From positions 1,550,001 to 1,614,000 of the forward strand of contig JBLDXI010000020.1 of assembly GCA_047495785.1 (NCBI GenBank): a stretch of 64,000 nucleotides of DNA, written 5' to 3'. The notes under the pieces are model-generated. The model saw only the letters and a list, made by a program, of their open reading frames with translations. It searched no databases and had not been told where the DNA came from. Made by a program: the position numbers and the translations under genes. How positions within the stretch are numbered: position 1 is the stretch's first letter; each line of letters begins with the position of its first letter. Below are positions 23,915 through 37,696 of the stretch, piece after piece. The DNA comes from Lepidodermella squamata (taxonomy: Eukaryota > Animalia > Gastrotricha).

Positions 23915-26900
23915 GTCAAGTTGATGATAAAATGCAAAATCTAGCGTGAAAAAAATCGAGCTTGTTTATATTAGGCTTGAGATGAACGACTATTAGGGCT
24001 AGCGAATAGAGCGAAAGTGAGTAACCTAATAAGGCCTATAAGGGAGCGCCTTAGATAAACTGCTGCAAGCTACTGTTTGTTGTCGCGGGAAGACACAAAC
24101 ATGCGATATATATAGAAAGACGTCTTATAAAAGGCCCACTCGGCCACCACACGCCCTTTGACAATCGCGACTGAGCCACTGAACGGCGGAATAATAACAA
24201 CAAAGACGCGCCATGATATAACTGGCACGATGATGAAGATGATGACGACAAAGTCACAGTAATATACGCGCAGCGGCTGCTCAATAGGCCGAGCGTGAAA
24301 ACACCCGAAAAATAGCCGTTCGAAATAAGGAGGAGAAGAACAACACTCAGCCTTATTTACTCAACAGCAATAAAAATAGTGATTTCCAGCGGATGATACG
24401 CTGCAAGATGCCGTTAATTGAATAAGAAAACTAATCTGGCGTTGGGGAAAAAAAAACCCATAAAACCAGTCTGAAAATTTAACATCGCAAACATCTGATG
24501 ACACGTTAAATATGAAAAAAATTAACGTGCGCAAAGACCATGATGAAACTCTCTAATAAGCACAATAAAAAATCCATTATTACTTTATTCTACCTACCTA
24601 CCTGTGTGCAAACGCCGAGCGAAAAATATAACTTAAAAAGTGTCGATAATTTGCGCACGCGCTTATCGATCAAGAAAAATGCGCATCACGCTGGGGCTAT
24701 GGGATGCGTAATACTGAGTCATAGAGTTTTTTTCTATCCTGTCACGGTGCATAATAAACAATATCGCATCGATGAAAACACGCGTCGGCCCAGAAAACAG
24801 ACCTACCTACTGGGTCGACTTCATTTCAATACAGTAATATTTGATATAATTAAACGAGCCGAGTATTTTTTTTAATATAAAAAATAGCAGTAGTTTAATG
24901 CGAAAAAATTTCGAGCGAAAACCAATACGTGAAGAAACTTCCGCGTGATGTATTTTTCGCCAATCTCTGTGCTGTGCTGCGGCTATACATATACGTGACG
25001 CGGCTGGCGATTGTGTTAAATTGCGGGAAGTGCTTGGCAAACAGCAAAAAGCCAGAGAGCGCGAGCGCGGGCAGGTAAATAGCCTGCACTGGCGGTAGCA
25101 AACGTCAAGAAAACACGTGCACAACAACTGCACATCGACGTCATGACGCAATGAAGCCCATTTCTAGGTACCTAAGACACTAGTGACCGGATTTGGCCTG
25201 TTATAGGGCATCAACTTCCTGATTGCATCGCACTGTAAATACCGAATCATCTGAAACACCTGCCCCATTCTCTACGGAATCGTTTAATATATTTGCGAAA
25301 CGTTCATAGCGATCATTCATCGAAAAGGATCAGATTTTTTCTTCGCTCAACGCGACACGGTGGGCAGGTGAATAATGTATGAAGCTCTGACTCATCAGGC
25401 TTGAAGCTAATCTACTGAGTGTGAAACACATTTCCGGCTACAAGCATCGATTCCCGGGTACGAACTACCTACGAACATTTTAAAATGATTAGTTCTCGAA
25501 TTTCCTAGTTCATTCTTAAATTACCTATTTATAGCATTTTGTCTTCAAGCTAGTTCAATAGCCAATCAAGACTCCATATTCCGAATGGAACTTGATCAGG
25601 ACACAGCCGAAGCGCGAAACGGGAGAGAATTCCTACCGAGGAATGGCCTTAGGATTAATAAATATAATTCATTATTATTTCTCTAATTGTCTCGAGTTGT
25701 GCCGTCTATTCGGGCCTACTGCTAATGAAAAAAGAAACGACTTGCTACAGCCAGGCTGAAAAGATATTCCACTAACAGCATAGCTTATATTTAGGGTAGA
25801 TCAGAATACCTAGACTTGGAAAGGCAAGTCCCATAAATTGAGAGAAAATAGCAATTTGGATGTGTTTTCTGGACAATGAAATGATGCTGAATCATTGTTG
25901 GGCTCGGAATAGCCAAAAAGAACAAATAATAACGAATAATTATTCAAATTATACAATTTCAGCCATTCAAAAATAATGGCAGTAGACTCTCACAACAATT
26001 TTAGTTAAGACTCTAGCTCGTGGCAAGTCAAGTAAAATACACCCAGCCATTTCACAAAAAATGAACCGTATTTTTGTCGATTTTTTCAAACAATAATGTT
26101 CGTTAATATCAGCGAATACTGCGTTATTTACACAGGCGACACGGTCTGAGTCAGTATTTTACAAATCGAGCGCATAGTTTGAACAATTAAACTCGCGCTC
26201 GTTTGCATTTAATCACCGTCATTATCACCCGCACTAGGCATCAGCTTCATCTTTTTTGAGGCCACTTTTCCCTCGCGGTCATTCGCGATCGATAGCGCGA
26301 ATACCCAGTGCGAGAAAAGCGCATCGATTCCCGCGTTTCATGATCATGAGCTCTCTATTCAAACGTGACATTTTATACAATCCTAAAATCATTCTACCAA
26401 ATAGAAAAAACCAGAAACCTTTTAATCAAAACGAAATCTCTTGATTCCAAAACATTTAATTCTTAAAATCTGATTTTCTGCGAAAAATGAAGAATTACAC
26501 GCCAGAAATTAACAAAATCAAAGGACACGTTTTCATTTTCCGTAACAGCGGCCGAGAACGAACCTCAAAAACAGAGCAAATGAATATAAACCGACGACAA
26601 GTATCTGACATAATAATCAATTTTGAATAATAATATTTGGTATAATAAGCATAAACAATCAGCTCAAGGCCGGCTCGCCTGGTTTGTACAGCTCGAAATC
26701 AATCATAATAATAATATACACCATCGTCATCATCATTGGAATCCGAACAAAATAAGGCAAGGTGAAAGACACAAGTCACAAAATAACGCGCACGATATCA
26801 AAGGAAAAACAGGTTTCTCATTCGTCGTTCTGTTTGAATAATTGTTGATCAATTTCGTGTTATTCATCATTGCAAATATAGTAGCAAGTATGTTCTTCAA

Positions 26901-27201
26901 GACAAGAAGACAGAAAATGCATGATTTAAAAAATATACAGGAAGATTATTAAAAAATTGAATCCTTTCAATTATTTTCAAACTATTTCAAGCTCAACTGT
27001 TTGCACCACAAAGTAACTGATTAAATCAATATTAACAACATGTTGAGGCATCCATTAGTCAAGACGGAAAGCGGCCAAGGGCCAGACACGCTAATCGAAT
27101 AATTTACAATTCACATTATAATAAACATCGCATAAGAATAATTTATATTTTAAAACTATGCTGTAAAAATTGCGAAAATTGATTTCGATAGAAATGACTT
27201 T

Positions 27202-28694
27202 TCATATTGTTGTGAGCACCGGTTTGGCAGAGGGTTCCAGAATATCTAGAGAAACAAATGTTAAAAATGTATGGTAATCTAAGAAAGAAAATGATGAACA
27301 TACCGTCGACGATATTCTGCCACGGCAGTGAAACGTAAGTTAGAAAAGTATGCAGCTCCTTCTTTTGCGGCTTTTGGCTCGTATCAGCATCTGTACCGAG
27401 TCGATTTCGCGGCTGATGAATCATTTCTCTGGCTTCGGGGGCCGGTGCTGGTGGTTGTTGCTCGGGGGCGGTATTTTTCTTGCCCCAGCCCCATTGAAAA
27501 GCTGACGACAAAGAACGAGTTATCCAGGCACCACCAGCTGCTCCTTCTGGTTGCTGATGCAGTTGCTGTTGCTGTTTTTCAACCCATTCTTCGTCGGTTT
27601 CTGTCGATTGCGATTTCCGCATAGCGGTTGTTCGCTCTTGGCGATTTTCACCTTGTCCGACGAAAGACGCGAGGAGTGACATCGAACCAGCGAATCGCCG
27701 AGACAATGAGACAGGAGCTTCTTGTACAGCAGTTACGGCCACTTCAGCACTGCCTTTGTTGTGAGGGCCGCGCATTTTTACGAATTCGAGCCGTGATGGC
27801 GCAGATAAGAAGTCTTGCGAGAAAGCAGCTGATTGTGACGGGGGAGCACTCCTGCCTGAAAAGAGACCAAATCTTCCCGAAACGCCGCCTTTCTAATAAT
27901 GAAAAAACATTAAAACTGAATACATAAAACCTCAAAATTGCTACTTACTCGAGTTTGGTAAGCCGAGGACAAAACCTCGTATCGCACTGAGCCAAGAAAG
28001 ATCACACTGGAAAACGATGCGCGTCTATTATAGGCGACTAGTTCCACACAGACCAATTCGCCCTCACCAACAGTCATGTGACGGTAAACCTCTTCGAAAT
28101 TATCGACGATAAAAAATATTTGAGGATATATGATTTCTTCTCCAGTGCCTTTGCTATCCAGCTGTCGGCGACTGGGAGATGCGTAAACGTTCAATGTATG
28201 CTTGCGAAGAACTTCAAGTTCGTTGTGACCACTTCGAGTACATATTGCAAGGGTTAGGAAATACTCGAATTGCTGCATGATTATATTCAGGTACAAAGTT
28301 TCTTGCCAATTATAGCCAGGATGGCCAACGATAGGAATGCGAGGAGAGCCTCGGCGATATACTTCAAGTCTTGGTTTTTCTGATTGATTGTAAACTCGGC
28401 AAACAAAAAACAGCATATCATCTTTGGCTGACATGTCGACATGAGGCGAGGGATTTATGAAAAACTCAGCAAACATATCCGCCCAGAAGGTGTCAAATGG
28501 TACAGCTAACATAGTATCTGGAGCAACGAGAAACAAAAAGTACTTAATTCCTTCGAACTCATTGTTATTCTTCCTTTACCTTCATCGCCCAGCGGAGCAT
28601 TCGCGCCATTTTCTCCTTCACCTTTGGAATGAGTCAAAATCAGAGAAAGCATCTCGTTTAAAGAAGAGCTTTGCTTCATCGCAGAGCTCTCCAT
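27202..28694 (-). CDS. KIAA0930: KIAA0930-family (DUF2045) protein; 4 exons
   Basis: DDMLFFV, EVYRR, WQETLYLN, VYASPSRRQLDSKG, YPQIFFIVDNFEE, GEGELVCVELVA, LTYVSLPW..DILE C-terminus. Confidence 0.9.
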
Positions 28695-29221
28695 TATACC
28701 TATTTAAGCAAACATGAGTTAGTCGAACGTGAAAAGGATGTAAAATCTAAATTCGAAGTTTTTCGAGCCACTTGAGCCACACAAGTTAAATAAGTACATA
28801 AGATCTACTATAAGGGTCGAATGTTCTAACATCAACCAGTTATCTTCTCTTTTGGATAAGGACGCTTCTTATCCTAGATTAAATGACAAATGACATCTAA
28901 AATTTAAAGTTGGAAGTTAGGTGGAAGCTGGGATAAGTATCTCAAACTAAAATGCCATGAATATGCAGGTAGCAAGCTACAAGGGGTTTCAAAGTTGAGT
29001 CGTTTTCACGCGGTACGCAATCTCTAACCTCACTGTTGCCTGTTGCCAGTCAGCCTTCTGTGGATGCCAGGATTTTGGGCTTTGAAATGAAGGACACCCG
29101 CTTGAAGCGAATCTTTTCAATTAGCGCCATCTTGCCAAGTGACCTCTACATGTTATATTACATCTATAACAACAATTTTTTGTAAAAATTTAATTACGTA
29201 TTTTCAATTTTCTAATTTTGT

Positions 29222-29338
29222 GTCACGTGACCCGAAATTCAAATGACGTGTTTTGCGCGCTAAATTCATCACTCGTCATCATCGTCCATGAATTGCTATC
29301 GGTTAGGCTTGCATCAAGGCTTACGTGTCAGTGACGTC
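29222..29338. promoter_or_regulatory. Cluster of ACGT-core motifs (E-box GTCACGTGAC, TGACGTG, ACGTGTCA, TGACGTC) in the KIAA0930/BET1 divergent promoter
   Basis: Motifs at 29222-29231, 29244-29250, 29323-29330 and 29332-29338. Confidence 0.5.
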
Positions 29339-29446
29339 CCACACGCTTTTATACCTTCTTTTGCCGTCAAACAGTCCATTATGCCTTGTTTTTTGCTCAA
29401 ATTTGATGTCTTTCATTAGAGAGTTTTGCTGTTACATGTTCCACTA

Positions 29447-29821
29447 ATGTCAAACCGGCGATCTTATGAGAGTGACTATTCAATGAACAAACCTTACTAC
29501 CCAAGCTCCTTCGGGGGCAACGCCAACCCCCGTAACGTCGTTGAAGATGAAAACCAGCGTTTAACTGATGAGTTGACCAACAAAGTTCGTCAGTTGAAGA
29601 ACCTTACAATCGAGATAGGAGACGAAGTTAAAAGCAGCAATGGACTCTTGAACAGTCTCACGCACGATTTTGAGCGCTCATCTGGTCTGTTGGGGCAAAC
29701 TATGTCTCGTCTCGGTAGAATCGCCAAATCCCCTGGATCTTGCAGAACCATGCTATACACCGCTCTGGTCGCCTTTGGAGTCTTCTTCATTTGCTGGATA
29801 ATGTATAAATCTAAAAATTAA
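29447..29821 (+). CDS. BET1: BET1 Golgi Qc-SNARE, intronless
   Basis: EDENQRLTDELTNKVRQLKNLTIEIGDEVK SNARE coil, LLGQTMSRL, C-terminal TM helix. Confidence 0.92.
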   Translation: MSNRRSYESDYSMNKPYYPSSFGGNANPRNVVEDENQRLTDELTNKVRQLKNLTIEIGDEVKSSNGLLNSLTHDFERSSGLLGQTMSRLGRIAKSPGSCRTMLYTALVAFGVFFICWIMYKSKN

Positions 29822-29987
29822 TCTCCATATATATACAGCAATATTCGGTTGAATCAATTGGTAGCTTTGTCATATTTGTTTATCACAATTGGATGGAGTT
29901 GTTCAAGTAAATTATCACATTTTACGATTTCGCCATTTCCATATCCATACAACGTTATTTCATTTCTTAGATTTTACATAACCAGAT

Positions 29988-31576
29988 ATGAGAACGTGTC
30001 GTCTGTTGATTGTATTTTCTGTTATGCTTTTCTTGAAGTCAAGCATAGCAAATGACCTTGTCCCTGTGGAAATTGAAGAGGATGCAAAACCTGATTTTAC
30101 GGCATCGCATTTGTCGAAAGAAGATCGTAAAGCGTACAAGCTGCTCAAACTAACCAATGAGTGGCAAGTTGTGCCGGATGGAATGGCTGTTCCTCAAGGT
30201 GCCCACATAAGAATGAACTTCGAGACTGGAAAAAATGAAGCCAAATTGATGGATGGTAGCCCAGATTCAATGCCACAAATCTCAGTATTATCTGACGGAG
30301 AGACAGACGGTAAAACTTGCTAACTTATTTTCCATTTGTATATAAATTCCCGATATTAATTCAGCTATGATGAACTCTCGCCACAAGCTGTTCTCTCAGG
30401 AGGAACTATCTGATGCGCTGGAAGGAATAAAACCGGAAGACATTGTCACGGATGAGGATCGCGAGAGAGTGAAAAATAACTATCGATCAATGGAGGAGCT
30501 GAAGCAAGACTTCGAAAAAATTTCAGCTTCTTTCAAAACCGACGTTCAAATTTTGAGCGGTCTCGTCAGCGAATTGAAAAATTCTAGCAATAGCCTCAGT
30601 GTTGAGCGAGTTCTTGTGATTCTGGAAGATATCGAATATCTTTCTCATCAAATTGACAATGGGGTAGAAATCGCAAAAATGGGTGCGATTCCCATTCTGC
30701 TTCAACACGCCAATGGCTCAGAACCTGCCGTGGCCGAATCTGCCTTATTATGCCTGGGCTCAACAATGCAAAGGTAGTTATCTTAGCTTATTATCACATC
30801 ATCGTGGTATATCTTTTTCATTTAATAGCAATCGTTTTGTTCAAGATACAGCGCTCCACGCCGGACTGCTCCAAGTTATATACGGTATTATGTCGAAACC
30901 AACCACGGAATCGAATTCAAAATTGCAATCGAGAGCTTTATTCGCGTTGTCAACTCTTCTTCGTAACTTTCCGCCAGCTCAAGACATGTTTCTGAAAACT
31001 GACGGCGTCACGTTTTTGAAGCGTCTGTTCTCAAATAGCATCTCCCAATCGCCTATCAATGAGCGTTTTGCTGTTAAGCTCGTTGGTCTCGTTGGCGACT
31101 TGGTCACGGAAAACGACGAAGTTCTGGGTCTGAGTGGTAGCCTCACGAAAGCGGAAGAAAAGCGTCGTTTGGAATACGCTAGTTTAAATTTGAGAAGTAG
31201 CGTTGTTGAGGCTGATTGGTGCGCAGCTGCTGCCGGTCTTCTTCAATCTGCTAATCACGATACGAGGGAAAAAGCGCTTCGTCTGATGGTTTTACTGGTT
31301 GCCGACTGCGAGAAAACTTTCGTTACGCAGAAACTTCGAATAATTCTTCAATCTTTATTAGCCGAATACAATCATCTTCTTGTTGGCGAAATCGAGGCAG
31401 CGAAAAACCAAAAAGAAGCTGAAAAATTAGCGAATAATGGCGAAGATATTCACAGCAGCCTGACTGATACTGGCGAGGACGATTACTTCGGACGAATGGT
31501 TCAGCTGGTTGATGGACTCATCGTTGCTATCGACCAAACTGCCTCGAAATCACATGAAAAACATTCTGAATTATAG
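29988..31576 (+). CDS. SIL1: SIL1 nucleotide exchange factor for BiP; 3 exons
   Basis: Signal peptide, TNEWQVV..AVPQGAHIRMNFETGKNEAKL, YRSMEELK, DIEYLSHQIDNG, ARM-like repeats, C-terminal ER retention HSEL. Confidence 0.93.
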
Positions 31577-31744
31577 TAAAATATATTTAATCAATTAAAA
31601 GCAAGTATCTGTAATAGTTTCTCTCAAATCTGCCGATCTTGTTGCGTTGAAATAAATCACAATTTGTGCTCCAAATCATGTAGTCTTTCTTTCGCAATAA
31701 AAATATACGAATATTGATCTTTCGACTGAAATAGGGTGATTAAA

Positions 31745-33896
31745 ATGTCTGTACTGCCGATTTTTGACCTCAACAAGTCTCTGAATTTTTATTCGGCTAG
31801 TACGACCCTGGTAGTCGGAATCGGCTGTTATGCCGCCTACAAATATCACAGATTTTGGAAACATCGAAGTGAATTATGGGCCCGGATCAACGAATTTCGC
31901 GAGCGCGAGGATGATTTTCGCTCGTTTTTGCAAACGAAACTTGAAAAAGATAAGAAAAAATGGCTGGAAATCGCCGAGCTGCCATTCGAAGAATTAGTTC
32001 GAAAGCTACAAACTGGCGATTTAAAGGCCGTTGAAGTTCTTCATGCATACCAATTTGCTGCTTTGAGAGCAACTGCGAAGTCAAATGCCGTGACTGAATT
32101 CATCCGGAGCGCCGAGGATATTGCGAAAAGCTTGGACGAACATACCGGCCCGAAAAAGCCGTTACACGGCGTACCAGTTAGCATTAAGGAGGCCTATTTT
32201 GTCAAGGGAACAGAATCCACTGGAGGTAGCAATTTCAGCTGCGAAAATTCTCATTTTTACTTGAATTTTCCTAGGCCTCGCTGCTCTCATGGGTTGCTCC
32301 GTTGATCACAAAAACGCGCCACTCGTTGATTTTCTAATCGATCAGGGCTGTGTTCCATTCATCAAGACTAATATTCCCCAGGCCATGCTTTCAGTGGATT
32401 CTAGAAACGCCATTTATGGAATAACTAGAAATCCGAATGATTTGACTCGATCGCCAGGTGGATCTTCGAGTGGCGAAGGCGCTATCCTATCGCAACATGG
32501 TTCCATCATTGGCATTGGTTCAGATATAGGCGGGTCAGTTCGAATACCTGTTGCTTGGTGTGGAAATTGCGTATCTTTGAAACCAACGGCCTCTCGCATG
32601 TTGTAAGTGAGATTTCGTCGTAGTTTTTCTTCAATTTTATCGCACATTATTTTAGCGGTGAACGAGGAGGCCCTGATACCGATGAGCCGATATTGATTGG
32701 TTCGTAGATTGAAATTTCTCTTATAAAAATTACTTTTTTATTCGACTTTCAGTGAGAGATTTGGAGGTTTACGGTTTTATGGCTCGGGACGTGAAATCGC
32801 TAGCAACAATGAATAAGCTATTCTATTCACCGGAAAATTTCGCAAAAATGCCCAAGTTGGCGCCTATTCCATTTCGTGATGAAATCTACAATAGCAAGAA
32901 GCCACTAAGAATCGGCTATTACACAAATTTGCCCGGTACTATGGAAGCGGTTGAGGGATGCCGAAGAGCTGTTCGGGAGACAAAGTCAAAACTCGAAGCC
33001 CGCGGCCATACCCTTGTCGAATTCACCCCACCCGAACCAGACCAAGCCTGGTTGTTGATGTTGGAACTTCTTTGTGGTGATGGCAACGAAGAACTAGAGC
33101 AACTTATGATGGCCGATGTTGAAATTTCACACGCGAATCAGCATTTGATTCTGTCTGCTTTGCCTCTGTGGCTTATAAAAATTTATCTGGCGATTTTTGA
33201 CCGGTCAAGAGGGAAATATGAGCGTCAGTGTTTGTACAGGATGAAACCCGTCAATCGACCTCATGGACTGAATTTGTTATACCGGAGACAACTGGCTTAT
33301 CAAGAAAAGGTAGGAAGGCATATTGTACATACCATGTGGGTCGTGCAAACAACAAACTAGCAAAACGACAAAATAGCAAATTTGATAATCATCTTGAACA
33401 GTTGTTCAACGGGGAAAAATAATAATTAAAATCGCTCTTTTGTCATTGCTCTACTCCTTCCTCTTTATTTCGTTGCAGAAATATTTAATTTTTTTATTCA
33501 TTTTTTACAATTTTTCAGTTTTTGAAAGCATTCAACGATGCTAAGCTAGATGCACTAATTTGCCCGCCTGTCCCTTGCCCGGCCATCCCAGTCGACGCCA
33601 CTCGGGAGCTGTCGAATGCAGTATACACCGGTCTATTCAACTTATTAAGCTGGCCGGCTGGGGTTGTTACCGTATCTTCGATGACTCAGGCTGACGAGGA
33701 CGCGATGGCTTCATACCCTGAGCATGATTTAGTGCATAGGACAATTAAAAGTGCTATGATTCGAAGTGAAACAACGACATCGCCCGTTGGCTTGCCTCTA
33801 ACCGTGCAAGTCGCATGTCCTTGGTACAAGGAAGAGTTGGTCTTGCGTGTAATGCGTGAAATCGAAGAATCGGTCCATCAATCTTCTAGCGCCTGA
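31745..33896 (+). CDS. Fatty-acid amide hydrolase-like amidase (amidase signature family); 5 exons
   Basis: N-terminal TM; LHGVPVSIKE (catalytic Lys), SPGGSSSGEG, GSDIGGSVRIP (catalytic Ser), YTGLFNLLSWPAGVV, GLPLTVQV..EELVLRVMRE. Confidence 0.93.
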
Positions 33897-34471
33897 TAGA
33901 AATGATTACAGTCGGCTTTTCAAGTCATGACTGCTGGTTTTTATTGTTTCGATTATAGCCGCCTAATTTATTGTTGGCTGGATTGCCTGTTTATTGTTGG
34001 AATTTAGCTCGATTAATAAATCTCTAATCAAATGATCAAATCCTATTCTTATTAAAAATCGTAGCCAGAATTGACGATGATCGGTTGATTATTGAGCTTG
34101 ATCGGAAGCAAATCGAAACTTCCTGACCTTCCAGAAGGGTTCCACCTATCAGTCAAAAACTCAAGTCTGCAATGGGCTTGTAATTCTACTATCAGTTCGC
34201 GTGTTCTATCGCTTCAATGGTTTCAATTTAGAATGTCAACTGCCGACGACCTAATGTTGTAAATAGGCCGAATTCCTATGTTTTAAAATTCATCGATTTA
34301 CCAACTTCTTTTACTGAATTGCTAATATTTGTTTTAAATATACATCCCATGTGAATGGTATATAATCAAGCAGATCGGTGCCACATAATATGACATTTTC
34401 ACTGACTTCATAAAGGAAAAAGTGATAAAGAATAATTGAAAAGTAATTTCGCAACGACTTTTTCTTTTGAC

Positions 34472-35200
34472 TTATTCCCAGACCGGCGGCTTGCATTCCT
34501 ATGAAAAATAATTATATTAAATACGAGGTAGCTCAATTCAAATCCAAACCTTTCCGCAACCATTGTGGCAACATAGCTTGTTTCCTTCGCAATGTTCGTG
34601 TTCCTCGCATGTCATGAAGCATGCACCACGTGTATCCAGTCGATTCAACGAAGGGCAAGATCCAGATTCTACTCAATGATGGGTTATCTTAGCTCACATA
34701 ATACCCCAACGCTTACTTGGAGGGATAACGCCAACTTTACAGCTTTTCCCACAGCCTCCGTTTAAGCAGCACATCTCGTTTTTCGATGAGTCGCAGTCAG
34801 CATCGGTTTCACAATCGCTCACACAAATACCCATATGCGATATGCGAACCACGGGGCACTGGTACTTCACCGTGAAACTAGACCCGTGTGGCTTATCAGT
34901 TTCGTTTTCCGTAATGACAGACGGAATGAGTGTAGGGTTCTTGCATTGAACTTCGACATCGTTCACGTAATACTTGGGAGAGCAGCCACAGCTATCTGGT
35001 ACACAAACAGCATCGGGATATCCTAAAAAATATATTAACTGTAAAGAGGAGGAAATCTCGGTTTATCAACGACCCTCGCAAAATGGATGATACATGCAAG
35101 GCATTCCCAAGCAGTCTACGGGATGCTTGCATGGTGGCTGTTCTGGAATTGCAGACACCGCCGCGATGACCAGCGAAACAATCAAAGGGAAATGATACAT
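34472..35200 (-). CDS. Secreted cysteine-rich protein with two WAP (four-disulfide core) domains; 4 exons
   Basis: Signal peptide MYHFPLIVSLVIAAVSA; CP..GICVSDCETDADC..EMCCLNGGCGKSC and GSCP..GACFMTCEEHEHCEGNKLCCHNGCGK|ECKPPVWE*. Confidence 0.88.
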
Positions 35201-36022
35201 ATCAAGGACTCAACGTGTTATTAGCGAGAAAAATTACGAACTTCTGCGCGCAATCCTGGGCATGAGCTTATATAGGCAATCAGCTGACATTCAATTTTGG
35301 CGTGGGAAACAACTGCTCTTTCACACCACGATAGTACGGTCGTTAAAATGTCAAGGCATTTCACATGCAATTTTTAACAATATTTCGCGTTCACAACAAC
35401 AACATACAGTAGGTGAGCAAAATGTTTCACCTCCACCCCTAAAAGGCGTTTTCTGATGTTTTTACCGTCTTAAATGTCTAGAGTCTGGGAATTTTTCAAT
35501 TTACGTAGGAAACCGATAATTAATTTTTAACGAGCCTTTTTTCGTGGCCCGATATGTAATTTTAATACTGTGAACTTGGGATGGGCTAAACGCAAATCCA
35601 CAAACAGCTAGCGGTCATCCAGGCCACTGATCAACTGAGAGTGGAGTTACACACCTAAAGACAGTTTTTGAGGCTCATTAGAAGTCGGATAGACCTAAGA
35701 TGCACCCAAAACGGTCCCTAAATTGGTACCGTGATCCAAGGCTTTGATTTCTGTTGCAGCCATCGAGGCACCCATAATTTTCAGCCTGTGAATAGCCATT
35801 TGTGTGCCCGACGTTTTCTTGAAGTTCTAGTCCAGGCCATTATCAATTTATCAACAGAAAATTTGATCATTTTACCCAGGTGGGAGCAATTCCGCGAGAC
35901 AACTTCACATCGGGGTTTCTCTGTTGTATTACTAGAAAAGAGTAAGTAATCCAGCAAATATTTTTTATTGGTGATCTAAAAATTATATTAAACCGAGGAT
36001 CATTATAGAGTCATGGTTCTGA

Positions 36023-37088
36023 TCACAGCCTTCCTGGTGCCATGCTAGCAACCTTGACAGTTCTGCCATGAGTAGCATCCATCGCCTCTTTTATTTTCTC
36101 GAAAACCTTTGCATAAGTTGGACAGTTGAGCCTCGAAGATAGATATAAACGACTGTGATCATGTATTCGCTTGACGGGTTGTCCAAACATATCCACTGTC
36201 AGAGCGCTCTCTGTCATGTTGTCAACATCGGATACGCCAGATATTTGAATTGGACGGTATTTTTTGAAGTTTGGCGGCGGAAGTATTTTACCTAAAATCA
36301 GAAATTTAAGATATGAAAATACATGGCTTGTTCAATAATACCTCTACGGTCGATAGGCGGGTTTCGAAGTTCAGAGCGAAGTCGTAAACGGCGAAACTCG
36401 TTCACATCAAGGTCAGTTGTACTGATAATGAGTTTCCTCTGTCGCTCACTCTTAATGGTTCTCGGATTATCTTCTAAATATTTTCCAAGCGTGTTTTTAT
36501 TGAGTATCGACGGCTTTGGAATTGCGATCGGGAATAGCTGGGCGGCTTCAGATGCAGAAAGCTCTCCCTTTTTACCTATTAGCAAAAATGATCATTATTA
36601 CTTAGAGCCTACAACTGCGTGACTCTTTATTAAATGTGGCTCCCATATACGTACAGAGTGTGCTAGCACTGACACTACTTAGAATGGCGACCAGTTTAAT
36701 TAGATGCTTTGAGTCATCGGGTTTCAGCTAGCAAATATAAATCATTACCGTTTTGTTCCGCAGGGTCATCTTCATCACAAAATCCGTAAAGATGAGCATA
36801 ATTGCGCCATACTGACCAATCAACGTCTTGCAGTGATATCGTGGTACCAGGCTTATCGCTGCGATAAAATTTTCCTGCCTCCATCCAAAGTCGATAGTTC
36901 ATTGTTGGCTTCAGAGTTTGAGATTCATCATTTTGCTGTCGGTACCAGTTTGTGCACTCTATTTTCAAGTTTGAGACAGGAGGCTTTGCGCTAACAAACT
37001 TTTCAGTTGGTCGCGGTGAAAAAGCAGTAAGCTTTGGCAGAGGAGAATAATAAAGGCGTTCCCGTTGTTGTGCCGTTTCAAGTGCCAT
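36023..37088 (-). CDS. TEX52: TEX52-like (testis/motile cilia-associated) protein; 3 exons (approx. 37088-36749, 36577-36342, 36291-36023)
   Basis: YRLWMEAGK, WSVWRNY, FPIAIPKPS, LRLRSELRNPPIDRRG|KILPPPNFKKY resemble recalled TEX52-family motifs. Confidence 0.7.
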
Positions 37089-37696
37089 GGTATAACGATG
37101 AATTCCTTTCTATGAAGCGTTAAAAATATCGAGGATTTTATGATTGAGATGGCTTTGATAAATTCATAATTGATTCCTGATTTATCAAGGAGCGAAACCA
37201 CACAAACCACAATCCCTATAATATTCAGGGAGTGCTTTTGCAAATTACCGTCCATGACGGCAGGGTGGCTCTCAGAATAGAGTTCCGAATAAGCTTGGTG
37301 CTAATGAGTCACTAATGAGTGAGGTTCAATGTTTTCAATTTTACTCTTACAGCGCTTTGCCAATTTTCTGTCAAGAAGCATTAGTAGATATTGTTTCCCC
37401 AAACAGTTAACAGCCGAACTTGGCGTTGGGAAAGGAGGAAGTTGGTGTGAAATCTGGCAACAGCTGATCGTGAAAAAAGTCAGGGTTGGGTATGGTTGAT
37501 GGTTGCGATCCTGTACTGTACTGGCTGCACAGTCCTTCTACTGAACGCCTCTAACCGGGCCTGACTGATGATGACGATTTAGATGTTGGTTCCTCTGAGC
37601 ATTCCGACCATTAGACGAATATGGCCACCCACGTCTACGCCCTTGAGCAGTGGCTCTGGGCGCTGGAGAGATTTTCAAGCCCGACCGCACATCATC

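Noticed and set aside
37566-37600. C/D box snoRNA-like TGATGA...CTGA
   Set aside because: Boxes only ~30 nt apart, too short, and no convincing terminal stem.
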